DNA of 60,270 bases from a virus (IMGVR_UViG_3300021494_000019:1-60270); one strand, 5' to 3'; positions 46,843 through 57,280 are shown, counted from the first letter of the stretch. Notes: generated by a model not told the origin, from the letters alone. A program made the numbers and translations.

Positions 46843-47459
46843 TATTCTTCCTCCTCAACAATAACTGCACGACCGCCAGCAGATAAGCCAACTATATTGT
46901 TCTCTGTTTCTTTCCAGAGTTCTGAATCCCATAGTTTAATTCCAACGATCCAAGTTCCTTGAGAGATTTTTCTGTCATCAAGTTCAAAATCTACGGGAGC
47001 GACATAGGATTCTACAACATCAGCCACATTGTCAATATCAACTCGATGACTGAGCTTTAGTTTTCTCGAATTGACAAGGTAGTCATGAGCCGCATTTTCA
47101 ATATCATCTTTGGTCACATAGTCACCATCGAGATCGACAAAATCCGGCTCAAAGACGATGCCGTAGATGACTTGCTTCTCCTGATTTTTAGCAATAATCT
47201 CGAAGCCTAACTCATCTTTAGCTCTCGCCGCTTCGAACTGACCTCCATGTCTTTGGCAATGCGCTCGTGCTTCCTCTACCGACCACTGTTTCTTGTTGTA
47301 ACGATATGCTTGCTCAGATTTGCCAGATTCGCCTTTCTTACGAGCGAAGATAATGCGATAGAGCTTTCCCTGAGATGTTCGAGTTCCAGATGAATAGGAA
47401 TCTGGTTCCATATCTCGGGGATTCTGTAATCTGCAAGCATGTTCATTTGGATACGGCAT
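46842..47459 (-). CDS. XkdF-like prohead serine protease
   Basis: YGIV.EPD.VD..GD...I..AAH, VVESY.AP, GTW, G.S.GG. Confidence 0.82.
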   Translation of the reverse strand: MPYPNEHACRLQNPRDMEPDSYSSGTRTSQGKLYRIIFARKKGESGKSEQAYRYNKKQWSVEEARAHCQRHGGQFEAARAKDELGFEIIAKNQEKQVIYGIVFEPDFVDLDGDYVTKDDIENAAHDYLVNSRKLKLSHRVDIDNVADVVESYVAPVDFELDDRKISQGTWIVGIKLWDSELWKETENNIVGLSAGGRAVIVEEEE

Positions 47460-47461
47460 AA

Positions 47462-47788
47462 TTAATCTCCGTAATTTCGTCGTAGCGAATTTACACTACG
47501 ACCATCTTGTAAAAGTCTTAGAATTTCTTTTTGCCCTGATTTTAATTCTTGTATATTTTCTTTCATTGCCTCAATTTGAGCTTTTATACCGGCCAATTGT
47601 GCCGATTGTTCTGCCTGAGTATTTTCATACACCTTAGCTTGTTTTTCTACTTTAGTAACATCGGCCTGTAAGTACTTGACATCGGTCTTAAGTCCTCCCC
47701 AGGCGATGAATCCTGTAACAAGCATTAAGGCGATGGGAACCATGAGAGCAAGAAAACCATTACCTAACCATTTTTGTCCATTTGCCAT
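47462..47788 (-). CDS. single-TM coiled-coil protein (holin/XhlA-like)
   Basis: AGGAGG SD; N-terminal TM followed by heptads. Confidence 0.6.
   Translation of the reverse strand: MANGQKWLGNGFLALMVPIALMLVTGFIAWGGLKTDVKYLQADVTKVEKQAKVYENTQAEQSAQLAGIKAQIEAMKENIQELKSGQKEILRLLQDGRSVNSLRRNYGD
47471..47494. promoter_or_regulatory. GTAATTTCG-N6-CGAAATTAC palindrome (1 mismatch)
   Basis: GTAATTTCG-TCGTAG-CGAATTTAC at the 3' end of a CDS. Confidence 0.75.
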
Positions 47789-47802
47789 ATAGCCTCCTTT
47801 AT

Positions 47803-48132
47803 TTAGCTGCCTTCTACTTCTGCCTTGACAATGATTGTAACAGCGCCCCAAACGATTCCATCGGTGTTAACAGCGTCGTAGACTACGATAGGGACATTAT
47901 AACCTCCGGGAGAGATTTCTTGATCTCCCAAAGCAAGCCTGATCTCGCCTGTCTCATAACCAGACTGAGCCCATGTGATAGGACCATTTGCGGCATTGGT
48001 AGATTCAATCAGCGTGTCTCCGAAAGTAGCCGTAATCTTAGTCACGCCGCTCAAGTCCTGGGCCGTGCCGTCCGCCTTAAGCAGGAGATCAATAGTATTA
48101 TCATGTCCTAAATAAACTATCTCGGTAGCCAT
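47803..48132 (-). CDS. putative virion protein (Ig-like/BppU-like)
   Basis: Beta-rich, DLSG, G.Y motif; GAGG SD. Confidence 0.65.
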   Translation of the reverse strand: MATEIVYLGHDNTIDLLLKADGTAQDLSGVTKITATFGDTLIESTNAANGPITWAQSGYETGEIRLALGDQEISPGGYNVPIVVYDAVNTDGIVWGAVTIIVKAEVEGS

Positions 48133-48148
48133 CTAACAACCTCTCTTA

Positions 48149-48364
48149 TCACTTGGACTCAATCGTTCTAGCAGTAGTCAAGCTGGTTATTGTCCTTAAT
48201 GCTGTCAAACTCTCGATGGTAGTGTTAATGATAGTCAGTAATATTGCCTCGGCTATCGTTCCAAGTAAACCAGCTGTCACAGCAAAACCCGCTCGTTCCT
48301 TTGTCGTGGAAGAAGGATCGGGATAAATACCCCTGCTCGCTATTGCCAAATAATCTAAGGCCAT
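48149..48364 (-). CDS. hypothetical virion-associated protein
   Basis: Operon context. Confidence 0.6.
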   Translation of the reverse strand: MALDYLAIASRGIYPDPSSTTKERAGFAVTAGLLGTIAEAILLTIINTTIESLTALRTITSLTTARTIESK

Positions 48365-48365
48365 C

Positions 48366-50636
48366 TTATTCCAACCTCTTCCGAGTGGTTACGCCTCCAG
48401 AAGATGTAAAGGCACCGGCCACATTTACGAATTCAGTAGTATCATTATCGTCATAAATCACCGTGTTGCCGTTCGATTCGTCAATAGTCATCTTGTTGAC
48501 CGTAACCTTCTTGATTCTCTCGATATAGTCATTAATACTATCCGCCGTCGGCGAACCAGGAATTGCTGTATCTAAGGCATTGTCCACTTCAGCGTTAACG
48601 TCCGCCTTAGCTTGGGTCCCGAGTGCATTGACAGTTCCTATCGTGACATCACTTTGATCAGCCGCCAGGTTGAAATCGGATTTATCCGTCAAAGCCCTTG
48701 TAGCGACAGACCATACATCGGCTGCTGAATGGGTTGAAGTGCCGTCAAGCTGATCACTCAATGTTTCAAGAGTGTCTCCATCAGCACCGGTTCTGGCTAT
48801 CTGAGTCGAACCCGAATCGGCAGACTTGATCGGGAAAGCGGTTGTTTCATCAAACTTAGCCGCAGTGATGGCATCATCTGCCAAGTTCATTTCGCTCCCA
48901 ACCGCCGCAGGACTGGCCGGCAAGTTATCTGTCTTGGCTTTTATTGCATCTACCACGGTATCTACCGTATCAAGTTTACTATCGTGCGTACTCAACTCGG
49001 CACTGGTGGCAAAGCCTGTTGCAGTCACCCAATTTCCTTGATTGATTTGGAGTTCGTTCGTGTCTGCCAAAATTGCATTAATATCTGCTCCGTTATCGTT
49101 GGCCGTCTGGGCAGTACCTGATATATGAGTAACGTTCACATCAGCATAGGCATTAAGGATGTAAAACTCATCCCCTGCCGCCGGAGTAAAGCCAAAGGCA
49201 CGATCAACCGTAATCTCTTTCGAAGAGCCAACATAGTCTATAATGCGGCGTGTTTCGTAATGTCCGTCTGTCTTATCTTCTATGGTAATGATCATGCCGT
49301 TATAGGCATCATTAACAGAAGAACCAGAGTCTATGACAAACTTAGTGGCATCCGTAGCCGAGGCCACGTCACCCTGGACAAGAAACATACGAGATAGATT
49401 ATAACCAAGGGTTCCATCATCATGACTGCCGTTTACGCTTGATCTTGCCCACACGGCTTTCTGGATTGTATCTGCCGTAAGTCCAGCCGCCTCCAAGGCA
49501 ACACTTGCCACATTGACATAATCGCAGTACCAAACATCCGTGCCTGTTTCTGACGTTGACGTGAACCTGATCTTAACCTCACCATCCGTAATCCTAACAT
49601 TATCAATCCCTAAAGCATATTCCTGAGTTGCGTCTGTTCCTGAGTTTCCGAAATCATTCGTGGAATTAGATATCTGGTCATAGCTAGAAGTATTGTAATT
49701 ATATGCCCAGACCTGAACTGTCCGCTGTGCTCCTGCATCGAAATGACCTCTGATTACAACCACGGAAGGTGTGCGGCCTGTGCCGATGTTAAATGTCAAG
49801 TTACAATCGAGACCATATCCACCAACTGCCGCTCCAGGGCTTGTCTCATAGTAATTTGTCCCGTCAGGCGTAAATGTATCAGTATAATCGCCATCAACCA
49901 AGACGGTATTACCTTCTTCGGAATTGGACGTTGCCGAATGGCCGAGGGGACTTGCGTCCACCAGGGCATCCCTTATCGCCTCAAGACTGTCTGTTGTATT
50001 ATCAAAATCGTCCCAATCAGCGGTAGCAGACTTGGATACCAACTTAGCAATGATCGAGTTATCGGTAATATCCGTTCCGGCCACCGAAGCACTGATAAGA
50101 TGGTCAAGTCCAATATCGCTTAGGGCTGTATCAACCTCGGCATTGACATCTAATTTGGCTTGAGTTCCCAAGGCGTTAGCGGTATCGGCCAAGACAACGC
50201 CTTGGACTTTGTGAGTAGACGGATCATAACCCGTATCTGCAAAATCTTTCAGGTCGGTAGCCGATTGAGTGACTCCGCCTATTTGAACAACATCTACTTC
50301 CAACTTATCTGAACCGTACTTAGAATCCCAAACATTAGCCGGAAGGACAGTAAACTCTAATCTAACCGCCAATGCACCCGATACATGGACAAAAATAACT
50401 CCAGGGCCGACAGTATCAGTATCAGTTGCATCCAGAACAACGTAGTAAATGCCGTTAGACATGTGAGTAGCACCACCAGAGTTCTTGCTGACAAGTGATG
50501 TAGCACCCCACTTCCAGATTTTGATATCTGTATTGCTTATAGTGAGTGCCGTTTCCTCGGTATCGCCATCCGATGAATCAAGAAAATATCCGAGCGGAAC
50601 TTCCTGATTGGCTGTTGATTGTCTAAGTTCTATCAT
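48366..50636 (-). CDS. large acidic Thr/Asp-rich virion protein (possible head fibre)
   Basis: Mosaic composition; ALGTQAK.DVNAEVD.AL repeated twice. Confidence 0.7.
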   Translation of the reverse strand: MIELRQSTANQEVPLGYFLDSSDGDTEETALTISNTDIKIWKWGATSLVSKNSGGATHMSNGIYYVVLDATDTDTVGPGVIFVHVSGALAVRLEFTVLPANVWDSKYGSDKLEVDVVQIGGVTQSATDLKDFADTGYDPSTHKVQGVVLADTANALGTQAKLDVNAEVDTALSDIGLDHLISASVAGTDITDNSIIAKLVSKSATADWDDFDNTTDSLEAIRDALVDASPLGHSATSNSEEGNTVLVDGDYTDTFTPDGTNYYETSPGAAVGGYGLDCNLTFNIGTGRTPSVVVIRGHFDAGAQRTVQVWAYNYNTSSYDQISNSTNDFGNSGTDATQEYALGIDNVRITDGEVKIRFTSTSETGTDVWYCDYVNVASVALEAAGLTADTIQKAVWARSSVNGSHDDGTLGYNLSRMFLVQGDVASATDATKFVIDSGSSVNDAYNGMIITIEDKTDGHYETRRIIDYVGSSKEITVDRAFGFTPAAGDEFYILNAYADVNVTHISGTAQTANDNGADINAILADTNELQINQGNWVTATGFATSAELSTHDSKLDTVDTVVDAIKAKTDNLPASPAAVGSEMNLADDAITAAKFDETTAFPIKSADSGSTQIARTGADGDTLETLSDQLDGTSTHSAADVWSVATRALTDKSDFNLAADQSDVTIGTVNALGTQAKADVNAEVDNALDTAIPGSPTADSINDYIERIKKVTVNKMTIDESNGNTVIYDDNDTTEFVNVAGAFTSSGGVTTRKRLE

Positions 50637-52004
50637 TTACATCATCCTTTGTTGTTTATAGTGATGAACAAATACCGGAATACTTGCACCTCCAGCCACA
50701 TACTCCCAAGCACCTATATCCGGCGTACTACGAGAAGTGCCTATAATATCCGTAGAAGTCGAATTCGCTGGATCGCCTGCATCAATCAGAGGCGACCCAG
50801 AAACCAAACTGAAATCACCGTTAGGAGCATCCGTCCAAATATCGCCGTGTGCTTCTCCGCTCAAATCAACATCGTGAGTGCCCGGCTGGGAACCATCTTC
50901 TCCTGCATTGTAATCCCCATCACAAGAGCTATAATCCGCTCCTGTAATAGTGTGTGCTGCACAAGAAGTGCAAGTTAGCGTGTAATAAGCGTCTCCGCCT
51001 GCATTATAAACCACGCAGTTTATAGCACCATCGTGTGATGTATTCATACCTTCAATTCCAATATTATCCACATTTTTGATTACACAATTTTCAATACGAC
51101 CTCCATTGTTCTTCCATGCTCTCATACATATCCCACTTGCAGTTCCAGAACCAGCGTTGGTATGTTCATTGATTATACAATTCTTGATTAAAAGGGTAGA
51201 AGCCACGGTTTGATACAAACGGATAACATACTGGTTATAGATATTATTTCTTGAAACAGTTATCTGGAAACCATCCAGTGCGAAATGCGTCAGATCAGCA
51301 TTCTGATTAAGTTCAATCTGAGCTCCCTTACCTCCGCCATACGACATATAGTAATAATTTGTATCCCACTTGCCTTGATGACGGCCCGCACCGGAAATCC
51401 TGAAAGTCAGTGTGTATCCATTGTCCGCAAATCCGGCAATGTCTATTATGTTGGCATTACTCTCATTAAACGCCTCATCACAATCTCCCGTCAAATCACC
51501 GGTTAAATCGCCACAATTTGACTCAAATTCAAAGAATGTGTTGGCATCTGAATGGCCATTTGGTCCAACATCAACCGTACCACTTGTAAAAGTACCTGCC
51601 CGATCATAGGGGTTAAGAACAGTGCGTAATTCAACCGGTTCAAATAAATCAATAGGATTTTTATTTACCGTAATCGCCGGAACGGCATAGTCATGATTAT
51701 ATAAATCTCTCAATCGCCGATCACCAAACAGCTTACTCAAATCTACATAATACTTAGCTCTTCGCCAAGGTATTAATCTTCGTTCCATTCGATCAATTTC
51801 TTCTGGAGTCCAGGTATAATCTTGCCACCTGAACCTACCTGGGACACGCAGAACGATACCCATGCGTTTCGCACCGGCATGACGATTTTGAGTGAAGAAA
51901 CCATCAGGTTGAATTTGAAGAATGTCTCCTGCCGTCCAATCCCTCAGATATAACCTACTGTTAGGGTCACGATGTCGTGTATATGTTTTAACTAAGACTT
52001 CCAT
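50637..52004 (-). CDS. right-handed beta-helix (pectin lyase-like) virion protein
   Basis: IKNC/IENC/INC repeats; C-term DF.L..GSPLIDAG...DIGAWEY. Confidence 0.72.
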   Translation of the reverse strand: MEVLVKTYTRHRDPNSRLYLRDWTAGDILQIQPDGFFTQNRHAGAKRMGIVLRVPGRFRWQDYTWTPEEIDRMERRLIPWRRAKYYVDLSKLFGDRRLRDLYNHDYAVPAITVNKNPIDLFEPVELRTVLNPYDRAGTFTSGTVDVGPNGHSDANTFFEFESNCGDLTGDLTGDCDEAFNESNANIIDIAGFADNGYTLTFRISGAGRHQGKWDTNYYYMSYGGGKGAQIELNQNADLTHFALDGFQITVSRNNIYNQYVIRLYQTVASTLLIKNCIINEHTNAGSGTASGICMRAWKNNGGRIENCVIKNVDNIGIEGMNTSHDGAINCVVYNAGGDAYYTLTCTSCAAHTITGADYSSCDGDYNAGEDGSQPGTHDVDLSGEAHGDIWTDAPNGDFSLVSGSPLIDAGDPANSTSTDIIGTSRSTPDIGAWEYVAGGASIPVFVHHYKQQRMM

Positions 52005-52019
52005 TGTTTATGAAGATTT

Positions 52020-52319
52020 TTAATTAATTTCAGTTGTAGCCACTACATAAGCTCGAATAGCAGCTTGAACTTCTTCCACCACTGGAACAAGTGTCTCACG
52101 ACTAATAACATACGCATTACCATTCGGCAGACGAAACGATATGGCCTCGGGAAAAAGCTGCACCGTACTATCAACAATGGACTGTAAAGCCATTCGTGCC
52201 GCCTGCTCACTTTCAGAGGATGCCGAACCGTAAGTATCTGTATCAGGGTCGTATATACGGCCGTCTAAGATTCGATTTGCTTCGATTAAGCCGATTAAAG
52301 CATCTTTAACAAGACTCAT
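52020..52319 (-). CDS. hypothetical protein
   Basis: GAGG SD. Confidence 0.65.
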   Translation of the reverse strand: MSLVKDALIGLIEANRILDGRIYDPDTDTYGSASSESEQAARMALQSIVDSTVQLFPEAISFRLPNGNAYVISRETLVPVVEEVQAAIRAYVVATTEIN

Positions 52320-52448
52320 GAATTTTATTCCTCGCTGTGTTTAATCTCTTTAGATAATCTTCTTCATAGCCTTTCTTATAACCTTGACGATAAGAAAATC
52401 TATAAACCAAAAAGAGTAAAAGAACATCTGAAGAAACTAAAAGAATCG

Positions 52449-52661
52449 TCATCTCTCGCCAAACTTTTGTACTGCCTTAGCACCAAAAATCACACCAAGA
52501 AGCGCAACGTTGGTGTTGCTGAAAGTGGTCATAGCGTTATTTCTAAGGCTAATATAAGTCCAAACGAACATAACGGGAATTAGAACGATTAACTGCATGA
52601 TTCGCATACACGACCAATCACCATTGGCTTCTTTTAGAAAACTTAGAAAATTTTTAAGCAT
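52449..52661 (-). CDS. putative 2-TM holin
   Basis: S..R motif, two hydrophobic helices, K..QKF.E tail. Confidence 0.65.
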   Translation of the reverse strand: MLKNFLSFLKEANGDWSCMRIMQLIVLIPVMFVWTYISLRNNAMTTFSNTNVALLGVIFGAKAVQKFGER

Positions 52662-52678
52662 TTTAACTCCTTATCTTC

Positions 52679-52702
52679 GTAATTTCGTCACTGCGAAATT
52701 AT
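52679..52702. promoter_or_regulatory. GTAATTTCG-N6-CGAAATTAC palindrome
   Basis: GTAATTTCG-TCACTG-CGAAATTAT at the portal stop. Confidence 0.78.
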
Positions 52703-53907
52703 AAACGAGTCTCGCTAAACTCGGTTAATCTTGCATATCTTGCAAGCAATTTCTTTATACCATCATCAATCTCAAGAGCGTCAACTTTTATCAGCTCTGA
52801 AACATAATTAGAAAGGTCTCTAAGATTGGCTTTATGAATCTGTGTATGAACAATCTGAGGAAGATTTTTAGTCGATCTTCCATTGAGCTTAAACAACCTT
52901 GGCACGGCAAGACGATTAAGAACTTTGCCGATAGCATCTCCCCAACTCTCAAGGCAGAGATAGAACATATCTGTCTGTTCTTTAGCTAAAGCGTAACTAC
53001 CAGTACGCTCCATTCCTAACATGACAAACTGTGCCAGAACAGTAACGGCGATTTCTTTATTATAGCGATTAATTGTTTCAACCGTACTGAATTGTCTCTT
53101 GCCAGGAGCTCCCATAAGCTCAATCGTCCAGCCGAAAGGTTTAATCATTCCTTCAAGTTCATCTCGCCTAACCGAAGAGATTGTTCGTTTAATAGCATCT
53201 AACTCAGCCTTAACAGTTGTATCGTCGCTATCAATATCGAATCCTTCTGGCGGCGTCACTACAGGAAAACCTGTCATGTCTCTTTCGATGCCGATGGCCT
53301 CAAGTTCTTCGATGGATTTTTTGATATACCACGGCCTGAAGGCGTTTCGGAGAATGCTTCTTCCCTCTGGATTGCCACCGGCTGATTCAGTTTTAAAATG
53401 GAGGCATTTGTCCATTGGAATATAAACGAGCTTATAAGAAGGAGCTGCTCTTTGATAAAATCCCTTAAGATTACCATTGGTGTCTAAATCCCATCGTTCG
53501 ATAGTTAAAGGATGACGGAATCCCATCTTTTTCCAAACGATTCGCATGGAATCATCTCTCTGATAAACTTGTTCAAAGACGGAGAAGCCGTATGTTAACA
53601 TTGTCAAGACATCGCTGATAAAATCTCCCCAAGAGTGCTCCATATGAGACATATTCTCACGAAGGAATTCTGCATCGGCTTCATTGCCTCCCTGGCCTTT
53701 TTGAACATCCCATCTTGTCTCACGAAGGATTTGAGTGATGGCGTGCATACAAGCTCCGATTATCGGATCATTGTCCCGCATCTCTGTATAAGTTTTACGT
53801 CCTGTTTGGCCTCGCAGAGCTGTTAAGAACTCCTGAGTTATTTGACCATAATTAGTAGAAAAGCCGAATTTTCCTACCTCAATAAAGATAGATCGAGGAC
53901 GAGCCAT
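52699..53907 (-). CDS. portal protein (DUF935/Mu gp29-like)
   Basis: Y.EM..ND, YGFS.FE.VY, NP.GRS.LR, IERD..G.P, VLAQF..LG...GSYAL; after TerL. Confidence 0.88.
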   Translation of the reverse strand: MARPRSIFIEVGKFGFSTNYGQITQEFLTALRGQTGRKTYTEMRDNDPIIGACMHAITQILRETRWDVQKGQGGNEADAEFLRENMSHMEHSWGDFISDVLTMLTYGFSVFEQVYQRDDSMRIVWKKMGFRHPLTIERWDLDTNGNLKGFYQRAAPSYKLVYIPMDKCLHFKTESAGGNPEGRSILRNAFRPWYIKKSIEELEAIGIERDMTGFPVVTPPEGFDIDSDDTTVKAELDAIKRTISSVRRDELEGMIKPFGWTIELMGAPGKRQFSTVETINRYNKEIAVTVLAQFVMLGMERTGSYALAKEQTDMFYLCLESWGDAIGKVLNRLAVPRLFKLNGRSTKNLPQIVHTQIHKANLRDLSNYVSELIKVDALEIDDGIKKLLARYARLTEFSETRL

Positions 53908-53922
53908 CTTAAAATCCTTTCA

Positions 53923-56454
53923 TTATGAATGTAAAACGCTCCAACGAGCGTTATTAGACGGAGTTTTTAGCCTGGGTTTGTCCATATTCCAAATACTGCT
54001 CCTGTTTAGGTTGCTATTAGCGTTGGAAAAATGAATCGAGGGCGTGGTGCCTTTAGCATCTTTGCAATATTCGTCATCGAGAAAAGCGTACATCATTGCA
54101 TCAAGATGGTCAGGAGATTGGCCCATGCCTTGTTTAGACTCAATGAGAATCTTTCCGTTGCGTAAAATATAATGCAAATTCCCAAGTTCAGCAATTAGTT
54201 GTTGAGGAATGTTTTTGCAGTATACGTGAGGCAAGATAGTTCTTAGGTTCCAATATCCAAGAGCACGTAAGTTTGCGATGGTATCTTTATGTTTATCTGG
54301 AACCTTAGCCTGACCTAAGACTGGCTTGACAATCTTAGGAAAAAGACGTTTAAGATTGTCATAAACTCCTGCTCCGATTCCATTAGCGTCAACCTTCACT
54401 GAAGTTGGATTGAAGGATTGAACAAATTCAGTTACCCAGTTGGTAATATCTACCGTATCGCCTATGCTGCCGCTTAGTGGAAATTCTTCAAAACCTAAAA
54501 CTTTATAGCCTTTTCGGATGCATAATATAGTTTTATTAATACTGCGAGCAATATCTAATCCGAATTCGATTGGTATGCGTTTGCCTCGATCATCATAAAG
54601 CTCAGGCCCATTATTGCGAAACTTTTCGATGTCGTCGGGAGTGAATAAGAGCATAGACGAATCCATCTTCGGAAAGTTGCCCATGACTTTTATTTGATAG
54701 ATTGGATGATCCTCGCCATAGGTGGCCAGCATGGTTTTCAAATAACGCTCTTCGACAAAAGGAGAATTTCGGCTATCGACGTGAAAAAGTCTATAAAGAC
54801 CTTTCATCATAGGATTATTAAACACGTCGTAGAAATATCCGGAAATTTTGGTCGGATTGCTTGTCAAAATACAATAAGCCTTCTTTCCTGTTAAGGCTCC
54901 TTCTATGGCGGGGAAGATTGCATCGGGGACACCTGAAGCTTCGTCGACGATGAACATAAGGTTTTCCTCTGAATTACCGGACCACATACAAAAGCCGTTT
55001 CTACGTGTAAAAATTAGATGATAAGGAGCGACATCTACACAATAAACTTTTCCTTTGTATGGAACTTGATACAAATTCTCCCGTCTAATAGTGAGGTAAG
55101 CCTTATTATCTACATATTCAGCTACTCTATAACGAACATGCTTTGTTTGTACTAATCTTCCTCGAATATAACTGGGTTTTTTCTGGTTCTGTTCGGGAGT
55201 ATATTTTCTAACGGACGCCTTTCCTCCAACCTTAAAAATTAGCTCTTGAATATCATCCGCTAATTTTTTGGAAGATGTGTAATAAATCTTTATGCCTTTT
55301 CTATTAATATAACCATCTCCATGCAAATAACCATTCAAAAATCTTCTAATGAGTTCAGGAGAGGCATCTTTAACATACTGAGGTACGAACTTATTTAAAG
55401 ACGATGTTCCGAATTCTTCTAAATGATGCTTAAGTTGTGGAGAGTTGATATCGATACGATCCGCTCCAAAATCTTCGTTAGCATAAGTATGTGCTACAAA
55501 ACCAAGTTGATTCGCAAGATATTCTATTAAAGGAAAAACAGCTTCATCTTTTTGACTAAGACTAATTCCGTAAGGAGTACAATATCCTTCGGCAAGATAA
55601 AAACCTAAGAAGTAAAACCATGAAGGTGCAGATGTAGTAACTTTAGGATATTTTTTCTGTTTACCTTGATAAGCGGGGATATCGAAAGTCGAGAAATCTT
55701 TACCTTTCCAGATGAAAGTATTATTTATGTACCAATGACGGTATGTTATATTCTGAATTTCATCCAACTTCCAATCAGTAAGTTTTCCATGACTTTTATT
55801 TTTGTACAACATCTTATGATTAGGCGTAACACAAAAATCTAAATTTTGATGTTTAGTTGTGTACATCATACCGTCATAATCATATTCCATTATCTTAGAA
55901 GGTCGATAATATGAAGCCTCTCCAGTATCAGGGTTTAAAGAGAGTACTTTGTCATCAGATTGCAATTCGTAAAAATACTTCCATCCTTTGTGGGTTAGTA
56001 TCTCAGTGTCTTGGCTCATGCAGTGAAATCCCTGAAGTCCTTCCGCAACCTGACCCGTTGGTGATACTCTGGCCGTTCGAGCTACGGCATACCAATCAGG
56101 AGCGTACTTAGTTACGGCGACTCTGGTTCCTGTCCAGGTCAATAGCTGAGACAAAAATTCGCTTTCTCGAATATTACGATGGTGGGAAGCCCATAAAATA
56201 TCAAATAGCTGATGTTGACTTGGAGCAGTTGTCGGAATGCGACAGAAGGGCTTCGTGCAGAGAAACCAACATGTAACGTCACTCAACCAGAAAGATTTAC
56301 CGACTCCGGAACCGGCTCGGATGGCGACGAAGTGATCTTCGACCAAGGCCTTAAATGCTTCCGATTGCCATTTGTCGTATTTATGACCTAAGATATCCTC
56401 ACCAAAAGCTTCTGGATTGCTTTCGTAAAACTGCAAGGCTTCTTTCGAGAGCAT
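53923..56454 (-). CDS. terL: terminase large subunit containing an intein
   Basis: GSGVGKS, TAP..HQ, IVDEASG, SNP, G.DIAR, SPD..DA. Confidence 0.92.
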   Translation of the reverse strand: MLSKEALQFYESNPEAFGEDILGHKYDKWQSEAFKALVEDHFVAIRAGSGVGKSFWLSDVTCWFLCTKPFCRIPTTAPSQHQLFDILWASHHRNIRESEFLSQLLTWTGTRVAVTKYAPDWYAVARTARVSPTGQVAEGLQGFHCMSQDTEILTHKGWKYFYELQSDDKVLSLNPDTGEASYYRPSKIMEYDYDGMMYTTKHQNLDFCVTPNHKMLYKNKSHGKLTDWKLDEIQNITYRHWYINNTFIWKGKDFSTFDIPAYQGKQKKYPKVTTSAPSWFYFLGFYLAEGYCTPYGISLSQKDEAVFPLIEYLANQLGFVAHTYANEDFGADRIDINSPQLKHHLEEFGTSSLNKFVPQYVKDASPELIRRFLNGYLHGDGYINRKGIKIYYTSSKKLADDIQELIFKVGGKASVRKYTPEQNQKKPSYIRGRLVQTKHVRYRVAEYVDNKAYLTIRRENLYQVPYKGKVYCVDVAPYHLIFTRRNGFCMWSGNSEENLMFIVDEASGVPDAIFPAIEGALTGKKAYCILTSNPTKISGYFYDVFNNPMMKGLYRLFHVDSRNSPFVEERYLKTMLATYGEDHPIYQIKVMGNFPKMDSSMLLFTPDDIEKFRNNGPELYDDRGKRIPIEFGLDIARSINKTILCIRKGYKVLGFEEFPLSGSIGDTVDITNWVTEFVQSFNPTSVKVDANGIGAGVYDNLKRLFPKIVKPVLGQAKVPDKHKDTIANLRALGYWNLRTILPHVYCKNIPQQLIAELGNLHYILRNGKILIESKQGMGQSPDHLDAMMYAFLDDEYCKDAKGTTPSIHFSNANSNLNRSSIWNMDKPRLKTPSNNARWSVLHS
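54973..56022 (-). mobile_element. Intein with LAGLIDADG homing endonuclease (350 aa)
   Basis: GFH|CMSQDTEILT...VTPNH...FLGFYLAEG...FLNGYLHGDG...VYC...SGN|S. Confidence 0.92.
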
Positions 56455-56999
56455 TAATTAGTCTCCTTAGCCATAGGCATCTTGGCCGGAAGCAGTGGTT
56501 GGTTCGTGGATAGTGGTTGGTCGGATAGTGGTTTGGCATCGGACGCCTTCGGCTTTCCGTCAATGACTTCACCACGAACTCTTTTCTGATATTTTGCTTC
56601 ATAGGCTTCGACAATGGCATCGGCCAAATCCGCCGTAGTCGGACCGTGTTCCATGGTGGCTCCCGATGCTTTCAGGACATCCCAAACATTTTTCGATCTG
56701 AGAGTTGGCGATATCTCGCTACCGCCCAAGGTGCCTTCGACTACCATCTCACGAGCTAACAAAGCTGCATCGACCGCCGTATCTTGAAGAATTTCCATCG
56801 CATCTGCCCTCGTCTGAACGAATCTTTCGTTGACTTGGGACATGATGTTCCAATAGGCTTCTTCAAATAACGGCTCTTTTCTCAGCACCGATAAGCGGGA
56901 TTCGGATATGCCCATTTCGGCACAAACCTCTTGAGGGGTTTGGCCGCATACGAGTCGCCGAATAATGGCGTAATGCCGTCCGGTTAGCTTTTTCAGCAT
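56454..56999 (-). CDS. terS: putative terminase small subunit
   Basis: N-terminal HTH; coupled to terL. Confidence 0.7.
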   Translation of the reverse strand: MLKKLTGRHYAIIRRLVCGQTPQEVCAEMGISESRLSVLRKEPLFEEAYWNIMSQVNERFVQTRADAMEILQDTAVDAALLAREMVVEGTLGGSEISPTLRSKNVWDVLKASGATMEHGPTTADLADAIVEAYEAKYQKRVRGEVIDGKPKASDAKPLSDQPLSTNQPLLPAKMPMAKETN

Positions 57000-57076
57000 G
57001 GCCCTCTTTAATATCCATCTTTAGTTGTTTAATAACATCTCGCATCTCTGAATACATCTTAACTTCTCCTACGTTA

Positions 57077-57105
57077 AGAATAACACACTTCTTATTTTTT
57101 GTCAA
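57077..57105 (-). promoter_or_regulatory. sigma70-type promoter for the morphogenesis operon
   Basis: TTGACA-17 bp-TATTCT with TG. Confidence 0.7.
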
Positions 57106-57280
57106 GTTAATTTTTAATTTGCGGGTTAGGTTGATAAGCTATCACTGTTTGATAGGCTATCACCCGATGCTTAGATTGATGGCCGTTCGCCTCCGGATTT
57201 GGCCGTTCGCTAAGCGAGCTTAGCTTGCTAAGCAAGTTAAAATTTGGGTGGCGGTTGGAGATGGTACGCCCCCGCATTTT

